DNA of 64,000 bases, from assembly GCA_013265495.1 (NCBI GenBank), contig MU057989.1, positions 1,007,513 to 1,071,512 of the forward strand, in the 5' to 3' direction. The notes beneath the pieces are model-generated. The model was not told the DNA's origin, did no database searches, and saw nothing but the letters and a program-made list of their open reading frames with translations. Shown here piece after piece: positions 12,091 through 25,000 of this stretch (within the stretch, counting starts at the first letter, position 1; each line of letters opens with the position of its first letter). A program made the translations under genes and the position numbers. Source of the stretch: Vicugna vicugna (Eukaryota).

Positions 12091-12816
12091 AATGAGGTAT
12101 CACTTCACTCTGGTCAGAATGGCCATCACTAGAAAGTCTACAAATAATAAATCCTGGAGAAGATGTGGAGAAAAAGAAACCCTCCTATACTGCTGGTGGG
12201 ACTGTAATTTGGTGCAGCCACTATGGAAAACAGTATGGTGATTCCTTAAAAAAACTAAACATAGAGTTGCCATATGATCCAGCAATCCCACTCCTGGACA
12301 TATCTGGAGGAAACTCTAATTTAAAAAGCACCCCAATGCACCCTAACATTTGCAGCAGCACTATTTACAATCACCAAGACATGGAAGCAACCTAAATGTC
12401 CATCGACAGAAGAATGAATAAAAATGTGTGAGTGTATATATACACACACACAATGGAACACTACTCAGCCATAAAAAAGAATGAAATGCCATTTGCAACA
12501 ACATGGATGGATCTAGAGATGATCATACTAAATGAAGTAAGTCAGACAAAGACAAATACCATATGATATTACTTATATGTGGAATCTAAAATAGGATACA
12601 AGTGAACTTATTTACAAAACAGAGATTCACAGACATGGAAAACAAACTTATGGTTACCCCAAAGGAGAAAGGGGGTATGGAAGGGAAAAATTAGGAGTCT
12701 GGGATTAGCAGATACAAACTGCTACTTGTAAAACAGATAAAGGTCCTACTGTATAGAATGGGGAACTATATTTAATATCCTGTAATAAACCATAATGGAA
12801 AAGAATATGAAAAAGA

Positions 12817-12859
<43 letters not shown>

Positions 12860-12958
12860 ACTGAATCACTTTGGTTTACACCAGAAACTAACACAACATT
12901 ATTAATCAACTATACTTCAATTTTATAAATAAATACATACATAAATAAAAGTAAAAAA
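12091..12958 (+). mobile_element. 5'-truncated lineage (cetartiodactyl/camelid-type) LINE-1: ORF2 C-terminus plus 3'UTR
   Basis: ORF remnant [17 protein letters not shown]; 3'UTR ...actgaatcactttggtttacaccagaaactaacacaacatt...actatacttcaa followed by an A-rich tail; internal (TA)(CA) microsatellite. Confidence 0.92.
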
Positions 12959-14849
12959 GAGGAGAGCTTGGAAACATTAAACATCTTTTTTAAACTTAAA
13001 ATGCTTTGAAAGTTTGGTTCAAGAATCTAATTCAGAGCCCATTTGTATACAGTTCACCCTTGCTTGACATATTATTCCTAAAACCGTTTTTAACATGAAT
13101 GTTTATAAGATATGCCTTATTTTCCACTTTTTATACACTTTAAATTTTACTGTGTGATTCCTAAAAGCAGTTTGTGAAATGAACACTGAGCTCTCTGATC
13201 TTTCACACCCATTAAAAGCAACACATGTAGTAAAACACCCCACTGAACAAATTACCATTTCGTGGGGGTTCTCTGCCTCCACCCGGGCTGAATGTTTAAC
13301 TGGGCACACGGCCACAGTGCTAATGGATTTGGCACAACGGCCAAGGCCAGGCTAGGAGAAGGTGTCTCACGAGTGGGATTACTGACCTGACCTTCTGCAC
13401 AGGCCTCAGGCCCAGGCAACTCTGTGAAGCAGGTAAGCTAACTCTGGTCACTTGGGCCAACTTCCCCTCTCTTTCCGCCCATCCCGGGTCCCCTCCATCC
13501 CACCAGCCTACTGTCTGGACATTCCCCAGCAGCCCGCCCAATCAAGGGTCTTGTGGGTACTGTGAAACCACCCACAATGTGAGGAGGGAGCCCCAGGGAC
13601 TCCACTGCACATTTGGCCCCCAGTTATAGCCCCAAAATTCCTGTGTTGCAAACATCCAGTCAAGTTTCTGCCGGGAAAGGCACGAGGGTGTACACACGCC
13701 ACGAGCATTCCCGGCATAAAGCTGGGCCTCCTCTGGGATCATCACAAATCATGGCATTCCTGCTGGATCCTCTAAAATGTTTTAAATTTCCTCAAGGACC
13801 CATAATACACCTTCAGGAAACCGGACAGTGAACCACAGGTTCTCATACCCATCAGACCCAATGGCCCTTTGTTATCCAACTTTTACTACATACTTCATTC
13901 ACAATGTCCTCTTTACCTTCCTGGATAAAATTAAACTCATGGACAATATGTAACCCTTCGTCACTGAGACCGTCAAAAGCACCTCTTCCAATCTCCCGCT
14001 GCATGGTGCTGCATTGAGCTGCCGTAGGACACAGCAAGGGTGCCCTGGAAAGCGGGTGCCGGGCAGCAGCCAAGCCTCTTGCCCTACAGGTGGCCAGAAG
14101 TCCCGTAGTTCTCTTCCCACATCTCCCCCTGCCAAGAGAGAACCAGTCGAAGGGTACTGGAAAGACTGAACCCTCCACAGTGCTGTGTGTGTACCTATTA
14201 CATAACTGTATGCTCATGAGTGTGTGTATCTGCGACAATCTAAAAAGGAAAAGATTTCTGAACTCATCCTATTCATTCTTTCAGCAAATAATGGCCCCTG
14301 AAATCTGCCAAGAATGACACGAGGCCCATTATAAATGCAAATAATGCCATCCACTCAGTCTGTCTTACTGATCTGAGTACCTACATCACCCTGCTAAAGG
14401 CCTGGCACAAGGGGCATTCAAATACGTGAAGAACTGATCACATCTCCACGGCCGTGGTCCATTTGCATAGCATGAAAATCAAGTAAGGGCAGAAGAAAGT
14501 ACTGAAAGTATCATCCCTTCTCTGGAGACTGAACTATAGAGTGAACCTTCCTTGCACAATAAGGAACAAGAAGTTACTAGCCTACTGATTCTATCTGAGC
14601 ACCTGCTATATGCCAGGCAAACACGAATGACAAAACTGTGAGCATGAAGTCAAACTGAGCCTGACTCCGGGGAACTAGAAGTAGGGAGAATAAAGGTCAC
14701 CTCACTGAAGCTAGTAGGGGAGGAAGCGTGGCATCGGTGAGGCGCAGCGGCGGGCGGCAGCTGTCAGAGCAGTCCCAGTGACACGCTGGGCCCGCGGAGA
14801 GGCGCCAGCAGAGTTGTAAGCACGGGTGCACACAATCAGATTGTCTCTC

Positions 14850-15120
14850 TTTTTTTGTATTTTAATTTTTTTAACTTTTTAATTTGAAGGAATTTGAGAC
14901 ATATAGGAAAGTTGCAACTAAAGTACAAAGGAGTTCCCTTATATTTCGCACGCAACTTGTCCTAATGTTCATGTCTTATTCTGCTATGTTAAGCAAAGAA
15001 CAAAAATCTAGAACAGGGGATTAATGCTGGTACAGTATTATTAGCCAGACTGCAGACTTTATTCAGATTTCACCAATTTCTTGTCTGATTTCTATTTCAG
15101 GATCTTACCCGGATCCCAGC
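14850..15120 (-). mobile_element. L1MC/MD-type 3' end fragment inserted into an L2
   Basis: Reversed tail, then aatttgagacatataggaaagttgcaa...cagactttattcagatttcaccaattt. Confidence 0.65.
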
Positions 15121-15139
15121 TGTTTTTTTTAAAAACCAC

Positions 15140-15960
15140 ACAGCTGGAGGTGGTGAATGGTTGGGAGGGTCAAGAGCCACTGCAGGACTCACCCTGAGGT
15201 TGTTGCTGTGGTCCAGGCAGAGGGCAGGAGCAGCCCAGCCCATGGTGACTGTGGGACAGAAGCAGTCCAGGCAGAACTGACAGACTGGACGGGGGTGGGA
15301 GTGGGTAAGGAAGGGGAACAAGGCTGACTCCCCAGGTTCTGCCTTTAAGGAATAGATGATGACAAGTCCACTGGCTGAGTAAGACTGGGGCAGGTAAAGG
15401 CTTTGGGGTCAAGGTCAGAAGCTCAGTTGTGGAGCCTTTCATTGTAAGACGCCCGTGAAATCCTCAAGGGAAGATGTCAAAGAGGCAGCCACATCATCCC
15501 AACTGGAGGGGAGATCTAGACTAGAAATGGGATGTCACTACTTCCACCCATGGAGAAGATGATGAGAGAGGAGGGGCCAGGAAGGAAGCCTGAAGACCTT
15601 CGATGTCAAGAAACGGTGGGGGAGGGGGACCCAGCAAAGAAATCCAAGGAGGAAAGTCAGATGAACAGGATTCCGAGGAAGCCCAGGGAGCAGAGTATCT
15701 CAAGAAAAAGGAATGGGCCACTATGTCGAGTGCTGCTGAGAGCTGAGTACGACACGGCCAGAAAAGTGATGCTGGGTTTGGCAGTATGAAGACTGTCAGT
15801 GCCATGCCCAGGAGGGATGTCCTGGAGTGGCTAGGCTGGGTGTGCTGAGTGGAGAGTGGAGAAAGCACCTGTCGACCCTTTATTATTTTTCTCCTTGTAA
15901 ACTCTTTCTTGGGAGTAAAGCAAGCTTTTTACTGTTCAGAAAGTTACATCTGAGTTGCAA
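15140..15960 (-). mobile_element. L2 LINE fragment (3' part probably continues at about 14580-14840)
   Basis: Purine-rich reversed L2 body: aggctgactccccaggttctg...agaagctcagttgtggag...gaggaagcccagggagcagagtatctcaagaa. Confidence 0.7.
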
Positions 15961-16159
15961 GAATTTTTTCCCTGTATTCCCCCATTCGATACGGGCTGCC
16001 ACAATCAGGCTGAAAGTGCAAGGACACTTTTCTTGACAAAAGTGACACTACAGAGCATGGGAAAAGGACGGCCTTTTCAAAAATAGCACTCAGCTCAGAG
16101 TGAATATCTGTTGCTCCCTTTACAGCCACCACCAAGGTCCTGGGCTGGTAAATATGCAT

Positions 16160-19100
16160 ATGAAAACGTATTCAACATCATTAGCCACTTAGGAAATGCA
16201 TGTTAAAGCCATGAGATCTCACTACACACCTATCAGTATGACTAAAATGAAAAATACTGACAATATCAACTGCTGATGAGGATGAGGAGCCACGGGAAAG
16301 CTCATACATTGTTGGCGGCAATACAAAATGGTATAACCACTCTGGGAAAACCTTCGGCAGTTATTTATAAAACTAAACTTACACTGCCCATGTGCCCCAG
16401 CAACTCCAATCCTCGATATTTACCCTAGAGAAACTGAACCTACGCTTACACAAAATGCTGTATACAATGTTTACAGCAACTCTACTCCTAATTGCCAAAA
16501 CCTGGAAACAACCTAAATGTCCTTCAGTGGGCGAATGGATAAACACACAGTGGTGCATCCACAGGATGGAATACTGTTCAGCCTTACAAGGAATGAACCA
16601 CAGATACATGCAACAACTAAGATGAATCTTAATCGTTCACTTATACTTAAAGTGAAAGAACTCAGTTTTAAAAGTGAATATACTGTATGGTTCCATTTTT
16701 ATGACATGTTCCCAAAGACAAACTACAAGGATAGATAAGAGATTAGCTGCTCCCAGGGGGAGGGTTGGGGCAGGAGGTGGGTTTATAAAGGATCAACAGA
16801 AGGAGAAGGTTTGAGGGCTGGAGACGAATCTGTTCTGTATCCTGCTTCTACTGGTGACTACAAAATCTATACATGTGTTAAAATTCATAGAACTGCACAC
16901 CAAAATTAAGAAGTCAATTTATAAATGACAATTTAAAAAATAAAATTATACAAAAAGGAATTACTACACAACATTGCAATTCCAACCCAAGTCTCTATTC
17001 ATGAGAAAAGAAAGCATCCATCCACACTGAGACCTGTGCACTACACAACTGTTCGGAGCAGACTCACCTGTCACAGCCAAGACGTGGAAAAAACCACATG
17101 CGCATCAGCCGGTAAGTGGACAGACTGTGGTCTACCCAGCCAACAGAACCTGACTCAGCAATAAAAAGAAACTGAGTACTGATCCATTCTATGGTATGGG
17201 TGAATCTCAAAGACAGTATGCTAAGTGAAAGAAGCCCCATCCGAAAGACTTCATATTGGGTGACTGCAATTACATGAAATATCTAGAAGACGAATCTTCA
17301 GACACAGGAAGTAAACTCCTGGGTGTTGCGTTTGGGAGCACGTGGGCTTGTTAATGAGCAGGATGGGCTTGAGGGGGTGACAGAAATATTCTAAAATCAG
17401 ATTATGGCGATGCTTAGTCAACACTGTAAAGTATCTAAAAATAAGGGAACTGTCCACTTTTAGGAGGTGATTTTGTCGTACGTAAATGATACCTTAGTAA
17501 AATGGCACTCAATTAGATATTCATGTATTTTTAAAGACAAGTTGACCCCTACCTCACAGAATACACAAAAAATGAATTCTATGTGGATTATAAATATAAA
17601 TCAGAAAAGCTAAACAATAAAGTACTTAGGAAACAATACAGAAGAATAATTTTATGACCTCAGAGGTAGAGGAAGGTTTCCTAAACAGAACACAAAAAGC
17701 ATTAATCTAACAAAGGAAAAGACTAATAAATTTCATAGTAGGTTAAAACACATGAAATTGCCAATATTTGATCATTCTGATATCTAAAAATGGCAATTTC
17801 ATAGTAAAAAGGCAAGACCATAGTGGGAGAAGACATTTGCTTCTCATTAGCTGATAAAGGGCCAGTAGCCTGAATATAAAGAGCTCCTAAAAATCAATAA
17901 GAAAATAAAACCAAACCAAACCAGACCACTCCATGAAAAATGCATAAGAAACTTAAACAGACACTTCACAGAAGAACAAAACCAGATGGCCAGCTGACGT
18001 AAGAAAAGGCACTCAACCCAGGGAAACACAAACCAAATCAAGGAACCACAGAAACTCCACACACCCACCAGAGTGGCTAAAATCAGACAGACGGTGCCCA
18101 TGAAGATCTGGAGCAACAAGGAGCTGCTGGTGGGAGGAAAAACTGATAAATTTGCAGAATAGTTTGGTATTGTCTATTAAAATTGAAGGTACTCACACTC
18201 TAATCCAAGACTCCCATTCCTAGACGTTTGTTTACCCAACAGAAGTGCATGCAAGTGTCACCAGGATACAGTACAAACATGTTCATAGTAATTCTGTAGG
18301 AGCCAAGATGGGAACCAGCCACACGTCCATTAATAGGAGGACAGAGACAGACGGCGGTACAGTAACACAGAGAACACCTTACAGCAGTGAAAAGGAACAA
18401 ACTACAATGAGAAGCAACAGGGATGACTCTCACAAGCATAATACTGAGTGACAGGAGCAGCTTCAAAAGAGTACATACTGCAGATTCCATTTATATGAAA
18501 TCTAAACCCAGGCAAAAACAATTTATGGGGCGAAAAGTCAGGATGTGGTTACCTGCAGGAGGAGAGAGTGGATAGTATTAAGGGGCACATCAGGGGGGCT
18601 TCTGGGATGCTGGCAACGTTCCATTTCATCTAGCGTGTGGATGTGTCCATTTCATGATAATTCTTCAAATGTACATTTACAACTTGTACGTCTTTATTTA
18701 TGCATTTTATACTTCAATGCAGAAGTTTATTTGGGGGAAAAAAAGGCATCCAAACTCTTCAAAAATATTGATACCATTAGAGACGAAAAAGGCTGGGGAA
18801 CAGTTCTAGATCAAAGGGGACTACACAGATGTGGTAACCAACACCACAAACTATCCCATCCCTGACTGGATCCTGGATGAAAATAAGAAACGCTCTCAAA
18901 GATACTATTGGACAGCTGGGAACATTCATATTCACATTTGAATATGAACTGTACATTTGCTAGGAGTGTTGTCTTAATGTTCAGCTTCTTGATGTGATAA
19001 TTGTGTCTACGCAGAAGGTCCTTGTTCTTGGGAGATACGTGTAAAGAATCGAAGGCTGCAGGGCCATAATGCTTGCAACTTACTCTCAAATGGCTCAGTG

Positions 19101-19660
19101 GCTGTGGAAAGAGAAAAGAGGAGATACACACACATACACACACACATATACACATACACATAAAGGGCACATATGTGCATACACACATATATAAAGGACA
19201 TCCTATATATGTATTCATACATACACACATACATACACTTAGAGAGAGAGAGAAAACACATTTGGTAAAATGTTAACAATTGGTGAATACAAGGGAAGGG
19301 CATATTAGTGTTCATATACTATGCCTTCAGCTTTTCCATACGTTCGAAATTTTTCAAAATAAAAAATTTGGGAAAAAAACAAAAGTGAACGAAAAATCCT
19401 GCAAAACCAAACAAACTAAAGCCAAATGTTTAAGGAGGCACACTCAGGTCAAAAACCAGAAGGAAGAGAAGGAGTGGTCCCAGGTGAGGGCAAGACCATG
19501 GTTACCTTTGGCAAGGAGGGGACAGGATGGGGGCATCTGGGTAGTGACAGTGTTCTCTTTTTTTATCCTGGCTGGTAGGTACAAGGGTCTTCACTTTAAT
19601 CAGGCTGTACATTTATTTTATGCAGTCTTCCATACCGTTTCACGATTTTTACAAAATTGT
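16160..19660 (+). mobile_element. Stack of several old LINE-1 fragments (L1MB/MC/MD/ME types), all co-oriented
   Basis: Repeated ORF2-end and 3'UTR motifs: AKTWKQPKCPS at about 16.5 kb, again at 17.0-17.5 kb and 17.5-18.7 kb; L1MC-type 3' end at 18.75-19.38 kb with a (CA/TA) microsatellite at 19126-19252. Confidence 0.85.
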
Positions 19661-20297
19661 GGTTTTACAGAAGAACAAAGGCTGAGCAGAGTCAAGCTGT
19701 GTGTGCAACGTGGGAGAAGCAGCTATAATTGAGCTGGAGGGAGAGACAGCAACTCAGTCACTCAGCTCTGGCTGCCACAGGTTCTGCCATCACACTTCAC
19801 AGGCCCTGCTGTGTAGCTTCTGGCGTGGTTAAACGATCATAACAGCGTTACTGCCTCTCAGCTGCCAAATGTTCTCACAATTTGGTTGCTATGAAAACAC
19901 ACCTAACTTACACTGCAGACTGATTTATGAAAGGTGTTGCAAGATGAGGTGGGTTTTTTTTTTTATGAAACAAAACTGTTTCCCAGAAAGTCATTTTTCC
20001 CATAAATCACAAATAAAAATTCAGCAAAAAAATATTTAAAACTCCCATAGGTTTTGGTCTTTAATTCTCTTCTCCTGATATTGCTACAAAGATAATGGAA
20101 ACAAAATATTTATTGTTTACAGTTGTTTGGAATTTAATTCCAAACGAGTTAGTCAGTAGACTCATTTACTACAGAGCTAAATGTGCAAGACTCTGTTGAA
20201 GATAAATCCTCTCCATGCACAGGAGAGAGAAACCCTCAGTTTCTTCATGAAGTCATTCTTGACAAAAGACAACAGTATCTGTGCTCCCTTTCAGCTC

Positions 20298-20525
20298 ACA
20301 GACTCCAGAGCCTGACTGCTTGGATTCAGACCCCCAGTTCCTCTACATGCAGCCTGTGGAGTCTAAAGCAAATTACTTAACTTCCTTGTGCCTTGGTGTC
20401 TTAATCTGAAAGGACATGATAGCATTACCTACTTTATAGGGTTGTTCTGAGGATTACACAAATAAGCATACACAATGTGCTTAAAACTATGCCTGGCACA
20501 TACCGACATAATAAAAGTGTTTGTT
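20298..20525 (+). mobile_element. MIR SINE, near full length
   Basis: agagcctgactgcttggattcagacccc...aaattacttaacttccttgtgccttggt...gggttgttctgaggatta...tgcctggcacata. Confidence 0.85.
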
Positions 20526-20540
20526 AAAAGTCAATACTCA

Positions 20541-21165
20541 TTTGAAAAGATACATGCACCCCAATGTTCACAGCAGCACTCTTTACTATAGCCAAGACAT
20601 GGAAGCAGCCTAAATGTCCATTGACAGATGACTGGATAAAGAAGATGTTGTGTGTGTGTATATATGTATATATGTATATATATATATATACACACACACA
20701 TACACATATACAATGGAATACTACTCAGACATCAAAAATAATGAAATAATTTCATTTGCAGCAACATGGATGGACCTGCACATCAGACTAAGTGAAGTAA
20801 ATCAGAGACAGACAAATATCATATCACTTATATGTAGAATCTTTAAAAAATGATATAAATGAACTTAATTACAAAACAGAAAGAGACTCACAGACATAGA
20901 AAACAAACTTAAAAGGTGGGGGAGGGATAAATCTGAGTTTGGGATTAGCAGATACTAACTACAGTTTATAAAACAGATAAACAACAAGGTCCTACTACAT
21001 ATAGTACAGGGAACTATATTAAATATCTTATAATAACCTATTATAATGAAACAAAATATATACATATATATATGTGTGTGTGTATAACTGAATCACGACG
21101 CTGTACACCAGAAACTAACAACATTGTAAATCAACTGTACTTAATTTTAAAACATTTAAATTTTT
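20541..21165 (+). mobile_element. Lineage LINE-1 3' fragment with 15-bp TSD
   Basis: MFTAALFTIAKTWKQPKCP remnant; TSD aaaagtcaatactca (20526-20540) and aaaagtcaatattca (21166-21180) at a TT/AAAA site. Confidence 0.93.
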
Positions 21166-21268
21166 AAAAGTCAATATTCAAATAAATGAGGGAAGTGGTG
21201 GTACATGAAAACAAGCCAGCTGAACAACCACACCCGGAGAATGCAGTTTAAGGCTTTTCCTCATTTTT

Positions 21269-21660
21269 AAAAATATGTTTTTAATGAAGTCTAGTCAGTT
21301 TACAATGTTGTGTCAATTTCTGGTGTACAGCACAATACTTCAGTCATACAGGAACATATATATATATATTCGTTGTCATATTCTTTTTCACCATAGGTTA
21401 CAAAAAGATATTGAATAAGGCTCCATGTGTTATCCAGTATGAATCTGTTGTTTATCTATATTATATACAGTAGTTAATATCTGCAAATCTCAAACTGCCA
21501 ATTTATCCCTTCCCACCCTCTTTCCCCTTTGGTAACCATAAGTTTGTTTTCTATGCCTATGAGTCGTTTCTGTTTTGTAAATAAGTTGATTTGTGTCATT
21601 TTTTTAGATTTCACATATAAGTGATACCATATGGTATTTTTCTTTCTCTTTCTGGCTTAC
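21269..21660 (-). mobile_element. Young lineage LINE-1 3'UTR fragment with perfect 15-bp TSD
   Basis: Reversed L1 3'UTR; TSD cttttcctcattttt at 21254-21268 and 21661-21675. Confidence 0.93.
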
Positions 21661-21759
21661 CTTTTCCTCATTTTTGAAACCTGTATCACTGTACAATCTT
21701 TACAGTATGAAGACTCCATGGTATGATTTGGGAAAGGATGAACAGAATAGTTAGGTCTT

Positions 21760-22035
21760 ATCCCCACAAACCTGCCCTTCTCCTGTGTCCTCTGGGGCAT
21801 CACCGTTACCCAATTGTCCAAACCAGGAGATTCCGAGTAACTGTTCTCTCTCCTCTCTCTTAACCAAGCCCTGTCCAGTCTCCCTGGTGAATCTCCCACC
21901 CTCTCTCCTCTCCCATCGCCTGAAACTTAATTTCTCTTGAGTGCTGGCAAAGAGCTTCCTAACCAGTCTACCGCCTTCTGGTCTCTCCTGTTCCCATTAG
22001 TCCTCTACGCTGTCAACCAATGTATCTTGCTCTAA
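21760..22035 (+). mobile_element. L2 fragment
   Basis: Pyrimidine-rich L2 body: cccaattgtccaaaccagga...agcttcctaaccagtcta...ctggtctctcctgttccc. Confidence 0.6.
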
Positions 22036-25000
22036 AACTCCTGATAGTCATTCTTTTAGAAAAGTAATTAATAGCAACAAGTACTAAGACAACTAATATT
22101 CAGAGAATCGACTGCGTTTCTAATACCGAGCTAAGCGTTCGTGCATTATTCTCACACTTAACCCACACCAGCCCTATGAAGCGGGTACTATTACAGGTTA
22201 CTGGCAGCAGGATACAGCAGGCACCTGAGCTACCGACCCAATGCCACCTCCCAGGCCCACTGTCTTGGCCCCTTCCTCTTCCTCATGCACTTGTAGTGCA
22301 ATTTCCCAAACACCGCACACTCTGCCACATTTACATGCTCGGGGTGTCTCCTAGCCTTTTCAGGTGTTCTGCAAATGTTCCAATTCTTGTCTTTTAAGTG
22401 TTCCAATTATACTCAAAAATTGCTTTGAGGGCAGGATTTCACACTTGAAAGTTACAACTTCTCTTTCACTAAAAGAAACAATTGAACTTACCATGCCATT
22501 TTATACAAATAACTCTGATGACGGCTTTAATCTGAAAATTTTAGACTAGGAAAACACTGTGAACACAGCATTTTCACTAATAATTAGATGGTCTTCTATG
22601 CTCCAAGACAGATAATCAGAGCTCGTCGGTCTGAAAGTGCTTGAGGAATCCAGGTTTAGGACAGTAAGCTCTGCAATCAGCTCAGACTATGGTGGTTTGC
22701 TGTCTTGAGGTTTTCTTTCTCACTCCTGCCGTTCTCTCCTAATCCGGAGAGCCTCTGTAAGAGCAGGCAAGTTGCAAAGTAATACTCCCCCGAACTCTGG
22801 CTCGCTCTGGGTATTGCCGCTTTTCAGACAAACACTTGGTGAAGGTGCTGAGTGCTATCATATTCCTGGTTTCTTCCTTCCTTAAGAAGGAATTGCTCAC
22901 TAAAATGACATCCAACTAAACAAATATTTAAGGAGTGTCTGCTGAGTGCAAGATACTGATTCCAGGTTAAATAAAGTATTAAAACAAGCCTTTTACCTGC
23001 TGATTGAATTGTCTTTGATAACTGTACTTGTGTAGTACCCCTCATTTCCATTACCTCATCTGATTTTCCGATGAGATTGGTGAAATAATCCTGCCTCCAA
23101 TAGAGACAGGTGTGTGCAAGTGGTGGGGACAGTGCTTAACCACAGGGGTCAGGTTCAAGTTGGAGGTAAATATCCATCCCAAATGTCAGGATGGAAAATA
23201 TCACATAAGATAGGCAGAAAATAAAAGCTCAGAGAGGAAAAGCTTATATGCAGCATTAAAGACCAGCAGTGTCTTAACACTTCCCAAAGGACAGCAGGTT
23301 CTCGAACAAAGTTAAGTTTGGGTAGGAGCTCATTCTCAGTAAGAAGGGAGCTGCCCCCACACATAATTCTCTGTGTTTCTCTCCTTATTATTTCCTTCTA
23401 AAAACCTAGACTCTTTTCTAAATTTATAGATTTATTGCCAAGGTCAGGGAACACTTGATGGCAATGACACAGAACTCTGAAATCACAAATACAGTACTAG
23501 CAAATTCCACCTTCATATTCTACCTTTTTACTGCCTTCCTAGTGTAAAGAAAAAGTTGATGATTCGTGAGTTTAAAGTCTATTTTTGTTTTTATTTATCT
23601 GAATTCATTAAAAAAAAGGAAAAGTATATGACCCCCTCCTTATTATCTGATCATTTGATAATCTCACATACAGACATAAAGCATCACTATAGGAAAGGAG
23701 GGCACCAATGGAATGAAATGAAAATCTGATTCCCTTGTTTTCTAATAATCCGCAGTCTTTCATTCTGCACCAGAACTTCTGTTCACTGCAAGCAGCAGCA
23801 CATTAGCAGTGTTGCTAAAAACCTTTGTGACTTTGGGCAGGGCACTGAAGTTCCATGGACCTCAGTTTCTTCCTTTTAAAGGAATAAGATAGTCTAACTA
23901 GAATCATCAAAACTATAAGATGCCTTCTATTAATTCTAAAATACAGGACTTGTAAAATAAATAAAATTCCACGATTTGATGGAGCTGTTTTTGTCCAAGA
24001 TGTTTAGCCACATCTGGCAAAGGAAATCTAAAAAAGGGCTCCTGAATAGTAAGATATATTTTAGAGATTTGGACTTCTCCGTCATAAACCTATGGACTCA
24101 AAATGTTGGTTATCTAGCCACCAGGGACAGCACAGCTTAACATCAACAAACATACTGCATTTAATCCTGATAACAGAGGTATACAGCTGTTTTTCATGTA
24201 AATCAGCTTTGTCTCTGGATATTCATAAATCCCTATTTAGAAAGCTGAGCTACTTGAAGAGAAACACAGCACAAGAATCTCACTTTTGTACATTAATGCA
24301 TTTAAATAATGTCTCTAGGTTGAGAGCTTGCACCTAAATCCTACCAATTGTCCAAGATCTAGCTTGGAGGCTGCTCCAACACTCTGGACAGGTGGATAAA
24401 CTCTCTCCATCCTGCTTCTGTCGCCCCTGGAACAATCAATCTTCCCCCAGACAAACACTCCTCTCCCCAGTGTTACAGTGACTGGCTCCCAGCTCCCCTA
24501 ACTGACTATAAATTCTCCAAGACTGTGCTGGCTCTGCATTGTTCATGAAGCAAACACGCAATAAATATTCGTTAAAATAAACTCATATAAATTAATATGA
24601 TCTTCTTAATTTATAGGCATAACTAAACTTCATTATAAGTGACTCTTGGACAAAGCCCTGAATTAAAGCACCTGGTTCCACTTTTTTAGATCCTTTGATT
24701 ATGTATGAGGGGAAGCTGAGGACAAAAATAAGAGCAAAATTAAATGGTTACTAAGGAAAAAAAATCAAAACTTAGGTAAGAACAAGCAGTTTGAGCTCTG
24801 TTTTAATTAAGGAGAGGCAAATGATTTTGCATCCCAATTTTCTTGATTTGTGTAAGAGAGGAAAAAGACCTCAGACAGTAACTAGCTCTGAAAATCCTTA
24901 TGAATTTGCAATTCATGTTAATGATGAAACTGAAGCTAAGCTCTCAGTAACTGTCCAAGGTCACCTAAGTAGTAAGCAGGGCTGTGGACTTCCCTGCATT

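Noticed and set aside
13852..14239. 128-aa minus ORF that starts at a good acceptor (cttttcctttttag)
   Set aside because: The open frame is incompatible with the phase-1 upstream ADCY9 exon (in-frame TGA after 8 codons) and the peptide is unrecognised; at most a cryptic exon
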